Shown piece by piece: positions 47,192 through 56,703 of a stretch of DNA of 64,000 nucleotides. Numbering within the stretch: the first letter of the stretch is position 1; every line of letters begins with the position of its first letter. The stretch is from assembly GCA_016789205.1 (NCBI GenBank), contig JAEURF010000001.1, positions 16,779 through 80,778 of the forward strand. The letters run 5' to 3'. Both the position numbers and the translations under genes were made by a program. The notes under the pieces are model-generated. The model had not been told where the DNA came from. It did no database searches and saw nothing but the letters and a program-made list of their open reading frames with translations. Origin of the DNA: Anaerolineales bacterium (GTDB taxonomy: Bacteria; Chloroflexota; Anaerolineae; Anaerolineales; Villigracilaceae).

Positions 47192-49075
47192 TTATTCACC
47201 CTTCGATTTTGATAATTTCGCCGCTTTATTTATGCTTTCCCAATCAGAAGTAGATTTTTTTACCCGCTTAAACCAATTTTCAAGAAGATTAATTTGTTTG
47301 TCTGATAGCGAGCTTTTTGAAGTCATAATTTGTTGTTCGCTTTCAGCAACTAATTTTGATGTTTTCATTGCTCTTTCCACGTTCGATTCTTGTGCAAACT
47401 GCATCAGGTCGTCAAGGAGGGCAACGACGACCTTTAGGAAATAAGGACCTTTGCGTAATCCGGCTTCAATTACTTTGATAATTTTAGGAGCAATTTCCTT
47501 AGGCTCAAATTCACGCTGTTGGGCAACAAGTAATCTTGATTCAATAATTTCTGCAAATATTTTTTTCTCTTCAAATCCATATTTCTCCGATAATTCTTTA
47601 CTTGTATTTATGTGTTTTTCTGCATCTGAAAACTTTCCTTCCAAGATATCTAATGTTGCATATTTGAGGTGCAACTCTGCTATAAAATAGGGATTCGATG
47701 TGGGATCTTGGTCTGTTTCTTGTATATTTGAAAATTGAAAAAGCGAAGTTGCGGCGTCAAATCTAATGCGCGCATTTTGTGTGTCCGAGTCTTTTAGGTC
47801 TATTTCCCCTAATAGTATTTGAGAACGGCCCATAATGAAATGATCAGTCAATTGACCTGCAATTTCCAAGCTCTTGTTTAAATAAATCCTTGAATTTTTA
47901 TGTCCATTAGCTTGTTTTATTTTGACACCGCCTAGCCCTAGGTCTATTGCACATCTGATAAATAGTTCCTGTGCTTCGGCTTCACCAGATTCCCGCATCT
48001 TATCCAATATCAGACTTATATTATCTTCTGCATATTGGTAAGCAAGTTCGGCCTCTTCAATTAATCCACATTCAAGCAGATATACGCCTAAATAGGTATG
48101 ACTCTTTGCGATTTCTTGAGGCTGCCCCGTTCTAACAGTAAGGTTATGGGCCTCTTTCTGGAGTGCTAAAGCCTGATCGGGATTTCCAAGAAGGGACATA
48201 ACCCAGGCCTTATACTCTAGAGCTTTCCGATGCAGGTAATCATTTCGCCGTATCTCTGCATACTTTAGTACTGCCTCACAAATTGGTCTGGCTTTTAGTG
48301 GCAAACCCGCTGTAAGATATATACTTGCAATCCGTAACTGCATTGTAGCTTTTCCATCTTCGTCTTTCCTTTTTGAAAATACGGCGAAAGCATCTTGATA
48401 GTCTTTTAGGGCTAAATTTAGGTTTTTTTGATTGTGTCTGCGATAAAAATCACCCCTGATTTTTAGTGTATAAGTCCATAGTTCATCATCCCCACTTTCA
48501 CTTGCTAATTCTACAGCCCGACGTAATTTCTCTGCTGCCGAAGGGATTTGTGCTAGGTAGCGGTGCATTTGGCTCATTAATAACTGAATTCTTGCTTGCA
48601 CCCTGTAGGTGGATTCCCGCTCCATTCTTTCGAGAATTTGCAGATTGTTGAGTGTATCAAGGAAAGATTGCTTATTAATTCCCTCATAAGCCAGATGAAC
48701 ACCATGCCAAATGTAAGCTCGGGTTTCAATTTCCTTTTTATAGTCGCCCGCCTCAGCAGTGTCCAATTCATTCAGTGTTTCGTGTGCCATTTGGATAATA
48801 TCAGATGCTTCATCTAAAGCTTGTCCCGCCGAAATACGACCTGTTTGGCCAGTGGTTTCTATTTCATTGATTAGGGTTTCCGGTACGCCTCGATCTCGAA
48901 ATAACTTTGCGATATTCGTTACTTCTTTCCTAGATAAATTAGCTGGCACAATTCCCCTTTCTAGTTTACTGAGGTAGCCGGTATCACGGTTACAAGCATC
49001 GGCCATCTCATCCAATGTAATTTTCTTTTTTGCTGCTTGTCGCCCGTCGCGGAGTAGGTTACCCATCGATTTCAT
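47192..49075 (-). CDS. XRE-HTH + TPR repeat protein
   Basis: TLDEMA...GYLSKLERG HTH followed by many TPR-like helices; GAGG RBS before ATG 49075. Confidence 0.85.
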   Translation of the reverse strand: MKSMGNLLRDGRQAAKKKITLDEMADACNRDTGYLSKLERGIVPANLSRKEVTNIAKLFRDRGVPETLINEIETTGQTGRISAGQALDEASDIIQMAHETLNELDTAEAGDYKKEIETRAYIWHGVHLAYEGINKQSFLDTLNNLQILERMERESTYRVQARIQLLMSQMHRYLAQIPSAAEKLRRAVELASESGDDELWTYTLKIRGDFYRRHNQKNLNLALKDYQDAFAVFSKRKDEDGKATMQLRIASIYLTAGLPLKARPICEAVLKYAEIRRNDYLHRKALEYKAWVMSLLGNPDQALALQKEAHNLTVRTGQPQEIAKSHTYLGVYLLECGLIEEAELAYQYAEDNISLILDKMRESGEAEAQELFIRCAIDLGLGGVKIKQANGHKNSRIYLNKSLEIAGQLTDHFIMGRSQILLGEIDLKDSDTQNARIRFDAATSLFQFSNIQETDQDPTSNPYFIAELHLKYATLDILEGKFSDAEKHINTSKELSEKYGFEEKKIFAEIIESRLLVAQQREFEPKEIAPKIIKVIEAGLRKGPYFLKVVVALLDDLMQFAQESNVERAMKTSKLVAESEQQIMTSKSSLSDKQINLLENWFKRVKKSTSDWESINKAAKLSKSKGE

Positions 49076-49110
49076 AGTTTCCTCGCAATTGTTTATATTT
49101 GATTTTATAT

Positions 49111-49152
49111 CAATTTTCAAAAATTGTATCATAGTTTTTTGAAAATTGTCAA
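49111..49152 (-). promoter_or_regulatory. Promoter overlapped by a 13-bp inverted repeat (probable XRE operator)
   Basis: CAATTTTCAAAAA-N12-TTTTTGAAAATTG; TTGACA (49152-49147) and extended TGaTACAAT -10. Confidence 0.6.
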
Positions 49153-49224
49153 AAAAAATACTTGATATTTGATTATTTTGCAAATAAAATGAGTACAGTT
49201 TAATCCCCAATTTCATGAGGTCTT

Positions 49225-49437
49225 ATGTTTACTAATCCTATCGTTCCATCACCAATATTGATTAAAGGAAGAAAATATTGCTTAACTTCCGTAAACACAA
49301 GCTCAAAAACGATACAGTCTTCAGAAATGATTACTTTTTTGAGCATGACAAATAACGTCGCCGTCGTAATGGTTCAAGACGAGAAAGGAAATGGGTTCCC
49401 TGCTTATAGGTCAAACCTAACTACATTGAATAAGTAA
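49225..49437 (+). CDS. Small hypothetical protein
   Basis: GAGG RBS; 70 aa; divergent from the XRE-TPR gene. Confidence 0.55.
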   Translation: MFTNPIVPSPILIKGRKYCLTSVNTSSKTIQSSEMITFLSMTNNVAVVMVQDEKGNGFPAYRSNLTTLNK

Positions 49438-49606
49438 ACTTTCGCAAAGTAATTAAAAATTGAAGGCGGCCAACTACGCTAATAGCCAACCGCCCGAGTT
49501 CAAGAACCGTCCGCCACATCTGTGAGAAGACTTAGACTTAGGATCTTTGAGCTTCTTGATTTTAGCATAAAGAAATGCGAGCGAATATTAAAAAAGGAGA
49601 AACGAA

Positions 49607-49795
49607 ATGAACACTCTCGCACCTTTTGTAATCATCTACTTATTGGGCATTGCAACACCAATTTTTTTGGTTTCCCTATTACCCACTGTCAGCAAAAATG
49701 ATGGCGACAGAAGTTTCTTAAATCTTCTTTTAGCCGGGGTCTTTGTATTGATAATTTTTGTTTTCTATTTATGGATACAGGCCGTAACTACTTAG
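49607..49795 (+). CDS. Small 2-TM protein
   Basis: AAGGAG RBS; two hydrophobic helices. Confidence 0.7.
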   Translation: MNTLAPFVIIYLLGIATPIFLVSLLPTVSKNDGDRSFLNLLLAGVFVLIIFVFYLWIQAVTT

Positions 49796-49804
49796 GAGCG
49801 AATT

Positions 49805-50053
49805 ATGCAGAAAAAATCAAAGATAATTTCCAAACCACCCAATACGAGGCATAGACGGCACCACAGCACTAAACAAGATGCAATGCAAATAGTACGCCAA
49901 TTAATTTTTACGACCTTGGCACTATGCCTAATTGCATTAGTTGCCGCCGTTTTGAAGATTGATTCGAGGGATTTTTGGCAAGTAATTCATGGTGCAATCG
50001 GGCTACAAGGAATCCTTCAAGGAGCACGAATTATTGTTGCGTTAAATAATTAG
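49805..50053 (+). CDS. Small membrane protein with basic N-terminus
   Basis: AGGAG RBS; RHRRHH followed by a hydrophobic helix. Confidence 0.65.
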   Translation: MQKKSKIISKPPNTRHRRHHSTKQDAMQIVRQLIFTTLALCLIALVAAVLKIDSRDFWQVIHGAIGLQGILQGARIIVALNN

Positions 50054-50148
50054 TCAATTTTCTGGGCTTTGGAATTGAGCCAACTCAACTTACTAAAAGT
50101 ATTGACTTGTGAATGTTAAGTCAAATTAATAACTAAAAGAGTTTTGAA

Positions 50149-50628
50149 CTAATCTTCAAACCAGATAACCTTTCTTCGCCTAAAGACAATTTTTCTCAAC
50201 AAAGTATTGAGCTTTCCAGAAATCTGAGTATTAATAAATTTTTCCAATGCTAAACGGGTGGGTTGATATAAAGGAGCGGGCAAATTGTTAATTTCAAACC
50301 AGTCCCAACTTTCAGTGCGGTCTTTTTCCTTCACGACAGGTTCACCCACTAATGATTCGGCGCAAAATATAAAATCAAAATAATAATCCTGTCCCTCACC
50401 CCATCGAACGGAAGAAACAGGATATAAATCAAAACCGTTTAATCCAGTTTCTTCATCTAGTTCTCTCCTTGCGCATCCTTCAAAAGTTTCCATTTTTTCC
50501 AAAAACCCTCCAGGTAAGCCAAACTCTCCAGGATTTCTCGGTCCCAGTCTTCGGCCCAACAAAACTTTATTATTTCTGAGCAATATTATGCCGACGCCTA
50601 AGACAGGATGTTTTGAGTCATGATTCAT
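50149..50628 (-). CDS. Nudix hydrolase (NUDT15-like)
   Basis: Nudix box GFLEKMETFEGCARRELDEETGL; LLGRR...LPGG. Confidence 0.93.
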   Translation of the reverse strand: MNHDSKHPVLGVGIILLRNNKVLLGRRLGPRNPGEFGLPGGFLEKMETFEGCARRELDEETGLNGFDLYPVSSVRWGEGQDYYFDFIFCAESLVGEPVVKEKDRTESWDWFEINNLPAPLYQPTRLALEKFINTQISGKLNTLLRKIVFRRRKVIWFED

Positions 50629-50642
50629 TTATTTCCTCCATG

Positions 50643-50678
50643 AACCAATGTTAATTGTATAAACAATTAACATTGGTT
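50643..50678. repeat. 16-bp perfect palindrome upstream of the Nudix RBS
   Basis: AACCAATGTTAATTGT-ATAA-ACAATTAACATTGGTT. Confidence 0.8.
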
Positions 50679-50791
50679 TTTTGGTGTTTTAGAATTTTAT
50701 CACCATAAAGAATTTAAAACATACTTTGTAATACTAACAACTGGCTTGTTAATTTCCTGCTTGACACACGCCTCACTCTAAATATACATTT

Positions 50792-50910
50792 AATTTTGCT
50801 TCGCAAAATTCGTATTTAAATTTTTCTGCTAGCAAATACAGGGTTAGTAGAAAACTTAATACCAATATATTCATAAACGACGCCTTGGATTTTTCCGAGG
50901 CGTTTTTATT
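50792..50910 (+). ncRNA. Candidate small RNA with its own promoter and terminator
   Basis: TTGACA (50761), 18 bp, TACATT; three hairpins, the last ACGCCTTGGA/TCCGAGGCGT + U-tract; no ORF. Confidence 0.5.
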
Positions 50911-51148
50911 GCCTCAGTCCTAACCATTCTTTTTTCTCTGGTGACATCGACCAGACAGCTATTCGGTTCGGTTTCAAATTCATTTATATCCTAGGTCGTA
51001 GTGGCTAATTTGCCACACATCTTTTTTAAAGGATGGATTTAGCAGACGACATCTCCTACTCACTGTCTGGATTTCTCCCTCAGTAGTCCCCTACTGATTG
51101 CCTCATCATGAACTATAAGAAAGCCCGTAGTCAAGGGCTAAATTGCAC

Positions 51149-51204
51149 CATGGTGTCATGGTTTCATGATACCGTGGTATCAAGGTATCATGGTTGCTTG
51201 ATTA
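51149..51204. repeat. Octamer tandem array (7 units), putative centromere
   Basis: CATGGTGT CATGGTTT CATGATAC CGTGGTAT CAAGGTAT CATGGTTG CTTGATTA. Confidence 0.85.
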
Positions 51205-51702
51205 CTCATTCAATGCTTTTAGCACTTTATCAAGAATACTATTTCGCCCATTTTGTTTGTAGTCTTCCAAAATATAGTTGATAGCAATTCTGGCAACCTC
51301 ATTCTCGCTCGTCTTTAGTCCCAATCCTTTGTATGAATAAATAAGATCTAATACTGCTCTTTTTTCGTCTACAGTAAATCGATGGGTAGCCGCCTCCTTC
51401 CCCATTTCTTTGACAGCCTTCCTGACAATTTCAATCGTGGTATCGTGGTTGCTTGATACCATGGTGTCATGGTGTCGTGATACCACGGTTGCATGGTTGC
51501 TTGGTATCACGGTATCACGCTGTTGAGGCTTCGTAGCTGTTTTAGGTTTACTTAGATGTAACGGATTACTTTTTTTCGATGGTTTTTCACTTAGATGTTC
51601 ATCAGCTACAATATCAATAGGAGTAAGAACAGGAGGCGGAGGAGCAACCTCATTTGTAGGTTTAGCGAAGAATGGGCTATCAGCAAGACCAGATTTACTC
51701 AT
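51202..51702 (-). CDS. ParA partner, putative centromere-binding protein
   Basis: ATGA-coupled to parA; disordered N-terminus and a C-terminal KEAATHRFT...SENEVARIAI strand-helix-helix. Confidence 0.75.
   Translation of the reverse strand: MSKSGLADSPFFAKPTNEVAPPPPVLTPIDIVADEHLSEKPSKKSNPLHLSKPKTATKPQQRDTVIPSNHATVVSRHHDTMVSSNHDTTIEIVRKAVKEMGKEAATHRFTVDEKRAVLDLIYSYKGLGLKTSENEVARIAINYILEDYKQNGRNSILDKVLKALNE
51436..51523. repeat. Octamer tandem array (11 units) inside the ParA-partner gene
   Basis: CGTGGTAT CGTGGTTG CTTGATAC CATGGTGT CATGGTGT CGTGATAC CACGGTTG CATGGTTG CTTGGTAT CACGGTAT CACGCTGT. Confidence 0.85.
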
Positions 51703-52460
51703 CGAGCCAATACCTCCTTTACTAATTCTCTATACGCCGTCGCTCCAGCGCTGGTAGGCGAGTGTCCAAAAATTGTTGTGTAATTTGAATGAGCCTCTTC
51801 AAGACTAACATTCTTCGGAATAGTTATTTTAAAAACTTGGTCTCCAAAATAATCTCGGAGTTGCTTTTCTACGTCTTTAGATACATTTGTATGATCTGAA
51901 AAAGTACAAAGAACTCCAATGATGTCCAACTCAGGATTGAGCTGTGTTTGCCTAATCATGTCAATCGTTTCTTTTAATTGGACTATGCCTGTCAGTGCAA
52001 AGAAACCCGTTGATACAGGTACAAGCAGTTTGTCACTAGCTACAAAAGCATTTATGGTAAGTATTCCAAGTGAAGGGGGAGTATCAATAATAATGTAATC
52101 GAATTGATCTTTAACTTTCTCCAAAGCACGCTTTAAGCGTTCACTGCGATTATCAAATGCCTGGGCTAGTTCTAAGTCAATGCTTGATAGGCGAATGTGT
52201 GCAGGCACAATTTGGAGATTGGGGAAATCTGTTTTTCTAATGACACTTGCTAGGGGAGTGAAGTTAACTATTACGTTATATAGTGATTTCTCTAATGAAA
52301 CTTCAACTTCAGGATGAATAAAGACTCGTGAGGAGTTTGCCTGTGGGTCTGTATCAATCAATAACACTTTGTATCCTTCTAGGGCAAGTCCAGCAGAAAG
52401 GTTAATCGCTGTTGTGCTTTTTGCAACTCCGCCCTTTTGATTTGCTACAGAAATTATCAT
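51699..52460 (-). CDS. parA: ParA/Soj family ATPase
   Basis: NQKGGVAKST, LIDTDPQAN and IIDTPPSLG motifs. Confidence 0.96.
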   Translation of the reverse strand: MIISVANQKGGVAKSTTAINLSAGLALEGYKVLLIDTDPQANSSRVFIHPEVEVSLEKSLYNVIVNFTPLASVIRKTDFPNLQIVPAHIRLSSIDLELAQAFDNRSERLKRALEKVKDQFDYIIIDTPPSLGILTINAFVASDKLLVPVSTGFFALTGIVQLKETIDMIRQTQLNPELDIIGVLCTFSDHTNVSKDVEKQLRDYFGDQVFKITIPKNVSLEEAHSNYTTIFGHSPTSAGATAYRELVKEVLAR

Positions 52461-52464
52461 GCTA

Positions 52465-52629
52465 TTATTTTGTACGCTTAACATACTCCGAACTGATAAG
52501 CCTCATGAGTGCAGAGACTGTAATATTTCTTTCGATTGCCCGCTCTTGCAAAGCAAGTTTCAGTCTTCTAGGCACAAGGAACTTTATCAGCACCTCGTTT
52601 TGATTTTCAATATTCTTATTTTGGGCCAT
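52465..52629 (-). CDS. 54-aa ribbon-helix-helix (CopG-like) protein
   Basis: MAQNKNIENQNEVLIKFLVPRRLKLALQERAIERNITVSALMRLISSEYVKRTK; ends 4 nt before parA; not in the ORF track. Confidence 0.75.
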   Translation of the reverse strand: MAQNKNIENQNEVLIKFLVPRRLKLALQERAIERNITVSALMRLISSEYVKRTK

Positions 52630-52914
52630 ATATGGTACATATTCAGGACAGTAAAACTAGTAAAGCACAGCTCACTACCGGCTGTCAATAATGAATTTTT
52701 TATAGAGGTAGCACTCAACATCTCCCTTCCAAGATTTTTTGCTATAATGAATTTACCTAATCCTAGGGACGAGAAACTCATCCGTTTGATTATCCTGTGC
52801 AATTTCAACCCCAACAACTTACTTTAGAACCACTAATAAAGTAACCGCAATCATTACACTAAATAACTCAATTACCCAGCGTTACCTTTTTTGTTTCAGC
52901 GAAGCGAGGATTGA

Positions 52915-54903
52915 ATGAACAAAACTAGTACTTTCTTGGTAATCCTAATATTTCTTACTAACCTAGCATTTGCTGAAGTGCGACCTCCTCAAGGCGCTCC
53001 GTATCCTCCAACACTAATAAGTCCGGGCAATGGAGCAGTTGGTGATTCTAATCCTCCATTACTTTGTGCCCAAACTTCTGACCCTGAAGGAAATCTTGCA
53101 GGCATAAAATTTGAAGTTAATGGTGGTGGAGAAGGTGATCACATTAGTCCATGGATTACGCCGGATGCAAGCGGTGTAGCTTGTTGGCGAGATCAATCAC
53201 CTTGGAGCGAACAAGATCATGCGTGGCAAGCTAGGGCAGTTGATAGCAACGGCGATCAATCAGGCGCGTCTGGTCAGTGGAACGTAAAAATTCCTGCTTC
53301 AGTTCCTGCAGCGGAAACTTGTGTAGTGAATGAATTAGATGCTGATAGAAGTGCCCCACAAACCATTGGTACAACCGTAAATTTTACGGTAAGTGCGACA
53401 TGTTCAAATGGCATCAACAGAATTGAAGGCTATGTTGATGGAAATAGCATTGGCACTATCTACAGTGACTCAGGTGTTTTCAGTTGGAATACAAATGGCT
53501 ATGGCGCAGGAAATCATGTATTCTCTGTTAAGGCGTTTGGTAACAACGGCGGTACGAAGGGAAGGTCTCATCCATATGACTTAGTAAGTGGCGCTCCGCC
53601 TACTGCAATCCCCGTTACCTGTTCTACAAACGACATTAGTGTATCGCCATCATCACCACAAACTAGTGGAACAAAAATAAGAGTAACAGCAAGGGGTGAC
53701 TGTAATACAGGTTTAAGAGCTATGAAACTGCTCGTAAATAACTCACAGGTTTGGGAAGACGCGGGCAACTTGAATGCTACATGGAACACAAATGGTTATT
53801 CCGATGGAACTTATAACCTAAAAATTTTAACGTGCGGAGTTCATGATAATAGTTGCGCTCAGGCAGATGTTGAGAGTTTTAATTTTGTCATTGCCAGTAG
53901 TTCTGGTTCTACTTCGTCTGACCCGAACCAAGCATTTGGTACTTGCGAAGCAATTAAAATTGGGAATGATGTTTATGTAACCGTTAAAGAAGGAAGCGCA
54001 ATTCAAAGAAGGCATGTTCCAAACCCTGAAACTCTTGATGCTTTGGGGTTTTCTCAACAAATGATTAATAATAAAGGTTTTAGTGATAATCAACTCCGCA
54101 CGATTGGACAAGGGAGTGATATACCTGATGTGGTTGTCGATGTAAATGGTCTTAATACTTTCAAAAATACTTTTTGCCCTAATAACGTCGCGATTAATCC
54201 TGGACAGCCAAGTCCCGATCAACTTCCTCCCGGTCAATTTGATCCACATGCCCCAGGAGTCTGTGCAGGTTGGGAAACAAGATTATGGATAGACGCACCT
54301 GGAAGAATTACTCGACAGGGAGACCAATTAAAGCTTAGATCGGGACCCTCAATGCAAGATGGAATAATAGCCAAAATGCCAAGTGGTTATAATTTTATTG
54401 TCATTGGTGGCCCTACTTGTGTGGACGGATATACGTGGTGGAACATCCAAGGTGAAATGGGGACGGGTTGGGCCGCAGAAGTAGGCGATAGATGGTGGAT
54501 GGCTCCGCTCATAGAGCCGCCTTTGTACAGTACAAACACTATCGAGACGCCTTTAGTGAATCAAGATTTACCTTCCGTGCCCGCACTACCCACCGATGTC
54601 CATGCAGATGAGACGTCGCCTGCAATTCCAGAAGACTCTACATTTAGCTCAGTGCCAAATGTAGAATCTTGGACAGATGTTGAGCTTCAAGATCGTTTTG
54701 TGATAGCAACAGAAGTTGTGTTTCATTCTGCTTACATAACAGCGGTAGCAAGTGGCCACGCCTCACAAATATGTTTTCCATATTTACAAATGAAAAATCT
54801 AGTCACCTTCGGACTATGTGTAGCTGGGTATACTGCTTCAGAGGCAATGGACTCCGTAGTTAGTCTGACGAGCATTTTATTGAATGAACTAGATGACAAT
54901 TGA
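52915..54903 (+). CDS. Secreted protein with Ig-like domains and an SH3-like domain
   Basis: Signal peptide (AFA); repeated WNTNGY..G.. Ig-like units; LKLRSGPS...GPTCVDGYTWW...GWAAE SH3-like unit. Confidence 0.8.
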   Translation: MNKTSTFLVILIFLTNLAFAEVRPPQGAPYPPTLISPGNGAVGDSNPPLLCAQTSDPEGNLAGIKFEVNGGGEGDHISPWITPDASGVACWRDQSPWSEQDHAWQARAVDSNGDQSGASGQWNVKIPASVPAAETCVVNELDADRSAPQTIGTTVNFTVSATCSNGINRIEGYVDGNSIGTIYSDSGVFSWNTNGYGAGNHVFSVKAFGNNGGTKGRSHPYDLVSGAPPTAIPVTCSTNDISVSPSSPQTSGTKIRVTARGDCNTGLRAMKLLVNNSQVWEDAGNLNATWNTNGYSDGTYNLKILTCGVHDNSCAQADVESFNFVIASSSGSTSSDPNQAFGTCEAIKIGNDVYVTVKEGSAIQRRHVPNPETLDALGFSQQMINNKGFSDNQLRTIGQGSDIPDVVVDVNGLNTFKNTFCPNNVAINPGQPSPDQLPPGQFDPHAPGVCAGWETRLWIDAPGRITRQGDQLKLRSGPSMQDGIIAKMPSGYNFIVIGGPTCVDGYTWWNIQGEMGTGWAAEVGDRWWMAPLIEPPLYSTNTIETPLVNQDLPSVPALPTDVHADETSPAIPEDSTFSSVPNVESWTDVELQDRFVIATEVVFHSAYITAVASGHASQICFPYLQMKNLVTFGLCVAGYTASEAMDSVVSLTSILLNELDDN

Positions 54904-54934
54904 CACATCTGACTAACTCGCTTAATCTTTAGAT

Positions 54935-55396
54935 ATGAAAAGTAATTTTGTGGCTATTGCCAGTTACCCATTAGGATTCTTCATTACTAGTCTTTTTGTA
55001 ATGTTAATATTTTCGAATATGAATATAGAGACCGAATCGAAAGTATTAGTTATGGTCTTGTTTGTCTTGCCTTTCTTTGTGTCATCGACAGTATCTGGAT
55101 TACTCGCAACAAACAAACCCGTAAGAATTGCGGTCTTCGCTGCATTACTAAATCAACTACTAATGATTACGATTTTGCCACTTATGATGAAGGCATTTCT
55201 GTTTTCCACGAATGCAGAAACACAAAGCATTCTGGCTTCACTGCCACCAATAGATATGAATCGCACGTTTGTCGCTCTTGTTTTGTTGTCTGTATTATTA
55301 CTACCCCTAGCCCTCATACTTGCGTTAATCGGAGGACTGACTGGTTCAAAAATAAGGAAATTATCAACATCACTGTATCCCCCAACGGAAAAATAA
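54935..55396 (+). CDS. 4-TM membrane protein
   Basis: Hydrophobicity pattern; GGLTG motif near the C-terminus. Confidence 0.75.
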   Translation: MKSNFVAIASYPLGFFITSLFVMLIFSNMNIETESKVLVMVLFVLPFFVSSTVSGLLATNKPVRIAVFAALLNQLLMITILPLMMKAFLFSTNAETQSILASLPPIDMNRTFVALVLLSVLLLPLALILALIGGLTGSKIRKLSTSLYPPTEK

Positions 55397-55605
55397 TGGC
55401 ATTCAGAAAAATCCTTCGGCGAATTTGGTACGGTCCACAATACTTCATATATCATCGAATATATATTCCCATTTGGGATATTTTAGATCGCCTCAATCCT
55501 GACACGAGACCAATCCCACCGCCGATCTGTCAAATATGTGGTGAAACAGGTCACAAGGAAAGATATTGCCCTAACGCCAGACGGCTTGGATATTTTGATG
55601 AGTAA
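55396..55605 (+). CDS. Small CCHC zinc-knuckle protein
   Basis: CQICGETGHKERYC matches CX2CX4HX4C; TAATG-coupled to the upstream gene. Confidence 0.7.
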   Translation: MAFRKILRRIWYGPQYFIYHRIYIPIWDILDRLNPDTRPIPPPICQICGETGHKERYCPNARRLGYFDE

Positions 55606-55739
55606 ATAAAATAGGGTCTATGGGCTTATGTAATGCGATTTGCGGGTCGGTTGATAGAAAAGTCGACTAGTGTATTATCGGCGCTTTAGTTTTGCTTTAG
55701 AGAAGCGTAAGTAGAGCAGGCGACTCTGTATGAAGTCAG

Positions 55740-56480
55740 CTATACGTTTCTTGTTTTCAGATAATCTCTTAGTTGCTCAACTGTTAGTATCGGACGTGTT
55801 CTATGAATCATTGCATGGCAATTAGGACAAACTGGAACTAAATCTTTGATTGGGTCTAGTAAATATTCTTTTTTAACTTGAGAAAAGGGGAATACGTGAT
55901 GAACATGGATAAAATTTTTGCCAAGAGCGCCATAAATTTCTTCAAAGTCGAAAGAGCAAACTGCACATTTGTATCCATGATGTGCAAGACATTTGGCTCT
56001 AGCGACGGGGTCACGCTCAAAAGAATTGACTGAAATAATTTTTGAGGCACCGACAGGAAATTTCTCAGGTTCATCAACTTCCTCTGCTATTTGTATGCTA
56101 ATTTCATTGTCAGATGCAAACCAATGGCGACCGAATCTTGTCAAATACTGTGTATCTAGTTTGGGTACGAAATCCTTAATTCTTGCTGGGCCGCTTTCAC
56201 CTTTGTTGGCATACGAGTGTTTCATAGCGAAGGTTTTTAGTTTATAGCCTTTTTCTTCAATCAACTGTATATGTTCTCGAGACTGAGAAAATCCCGGACG
56301 TTTTCGTCCCTTACTGTTTATGTTCCAGTCTTCGCTAAAGATGAGCGTCATATTGCCTTTGGTGAATCTATCCCAAGCGCCAAAAATTACAATCTTTTCT
56401 TTGTGATTCACGAATGACCAACTCCAAGCCCAGTTATTACAAGTGGCTCCGTGAGACTCAATGAAACTTCTTCGGTTCAT
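55740..56480 (-). CDS. HNH endonuclease (McrA-like C-terminus)
   Basis: ERD...R..C, CAVC, IHVHH and CPNCHAMIH motifs. Confidence 0.92.
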   Translation of the reverse strand: MNRRSFIESHGATCNNWAWSWSFVNHKEKIVIFGAWDRFTKGNMTLIFSEDWNINSKGRKRPGFSQSREHIQLIEEKGYKLKTFAMKHSYANKGESGPARIKDFVPKLDTQYLTRFGRHWFASDNEISIQIAEEVDEPEKFPVGASKIISVNSFERDPVARAKCLAHHGYKCAVCSFDFEEIYGALGKNFIHVHHVFPFSQVKKEYLLDPIKDLVPVCPNCHAMIHRTRPILTVEQLRDYLKTRNV

Positions 56481-56703
56481 AGCTCATATTTCCTTCGGAT
56501 GACATCAAAACGAGTTTTGATGTGAGGTTTCGCTTCATGCTCAAGTTGTTCAGATTTTCGACGTGTTGTAGCCATTAATTTCTCCATCACTATTTTGAAG
56601 GCTTTTCGTCCACTCAATATTACGTGAATTTTAGCTCAGCAATCTAATACGAACTAGCGGAGAAAGGGTCAAGTCCAATGGTAGGCATTTTTCGGAAAAT
56701 TTA

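Noticed and set aside
51149-51523. Repeat arrays as a CRISPR array
   Set aside because: They are contiguous degenerate 8-mers with no spacers, and no cas genes are present. I saw no CRISPR array anywhere in the window.
52412-52827. ORFs 52412-52603, 52459-52827 and 52587-52817
   Set aside because: They conflict with the better-supported RHH gene at 52465-52629 and with the parA start.
54904-56703. Integron cassettes
   Set aside because: No convincing RYYYAAC...GTTRRRY attC pairs and no IntI-type integrase.
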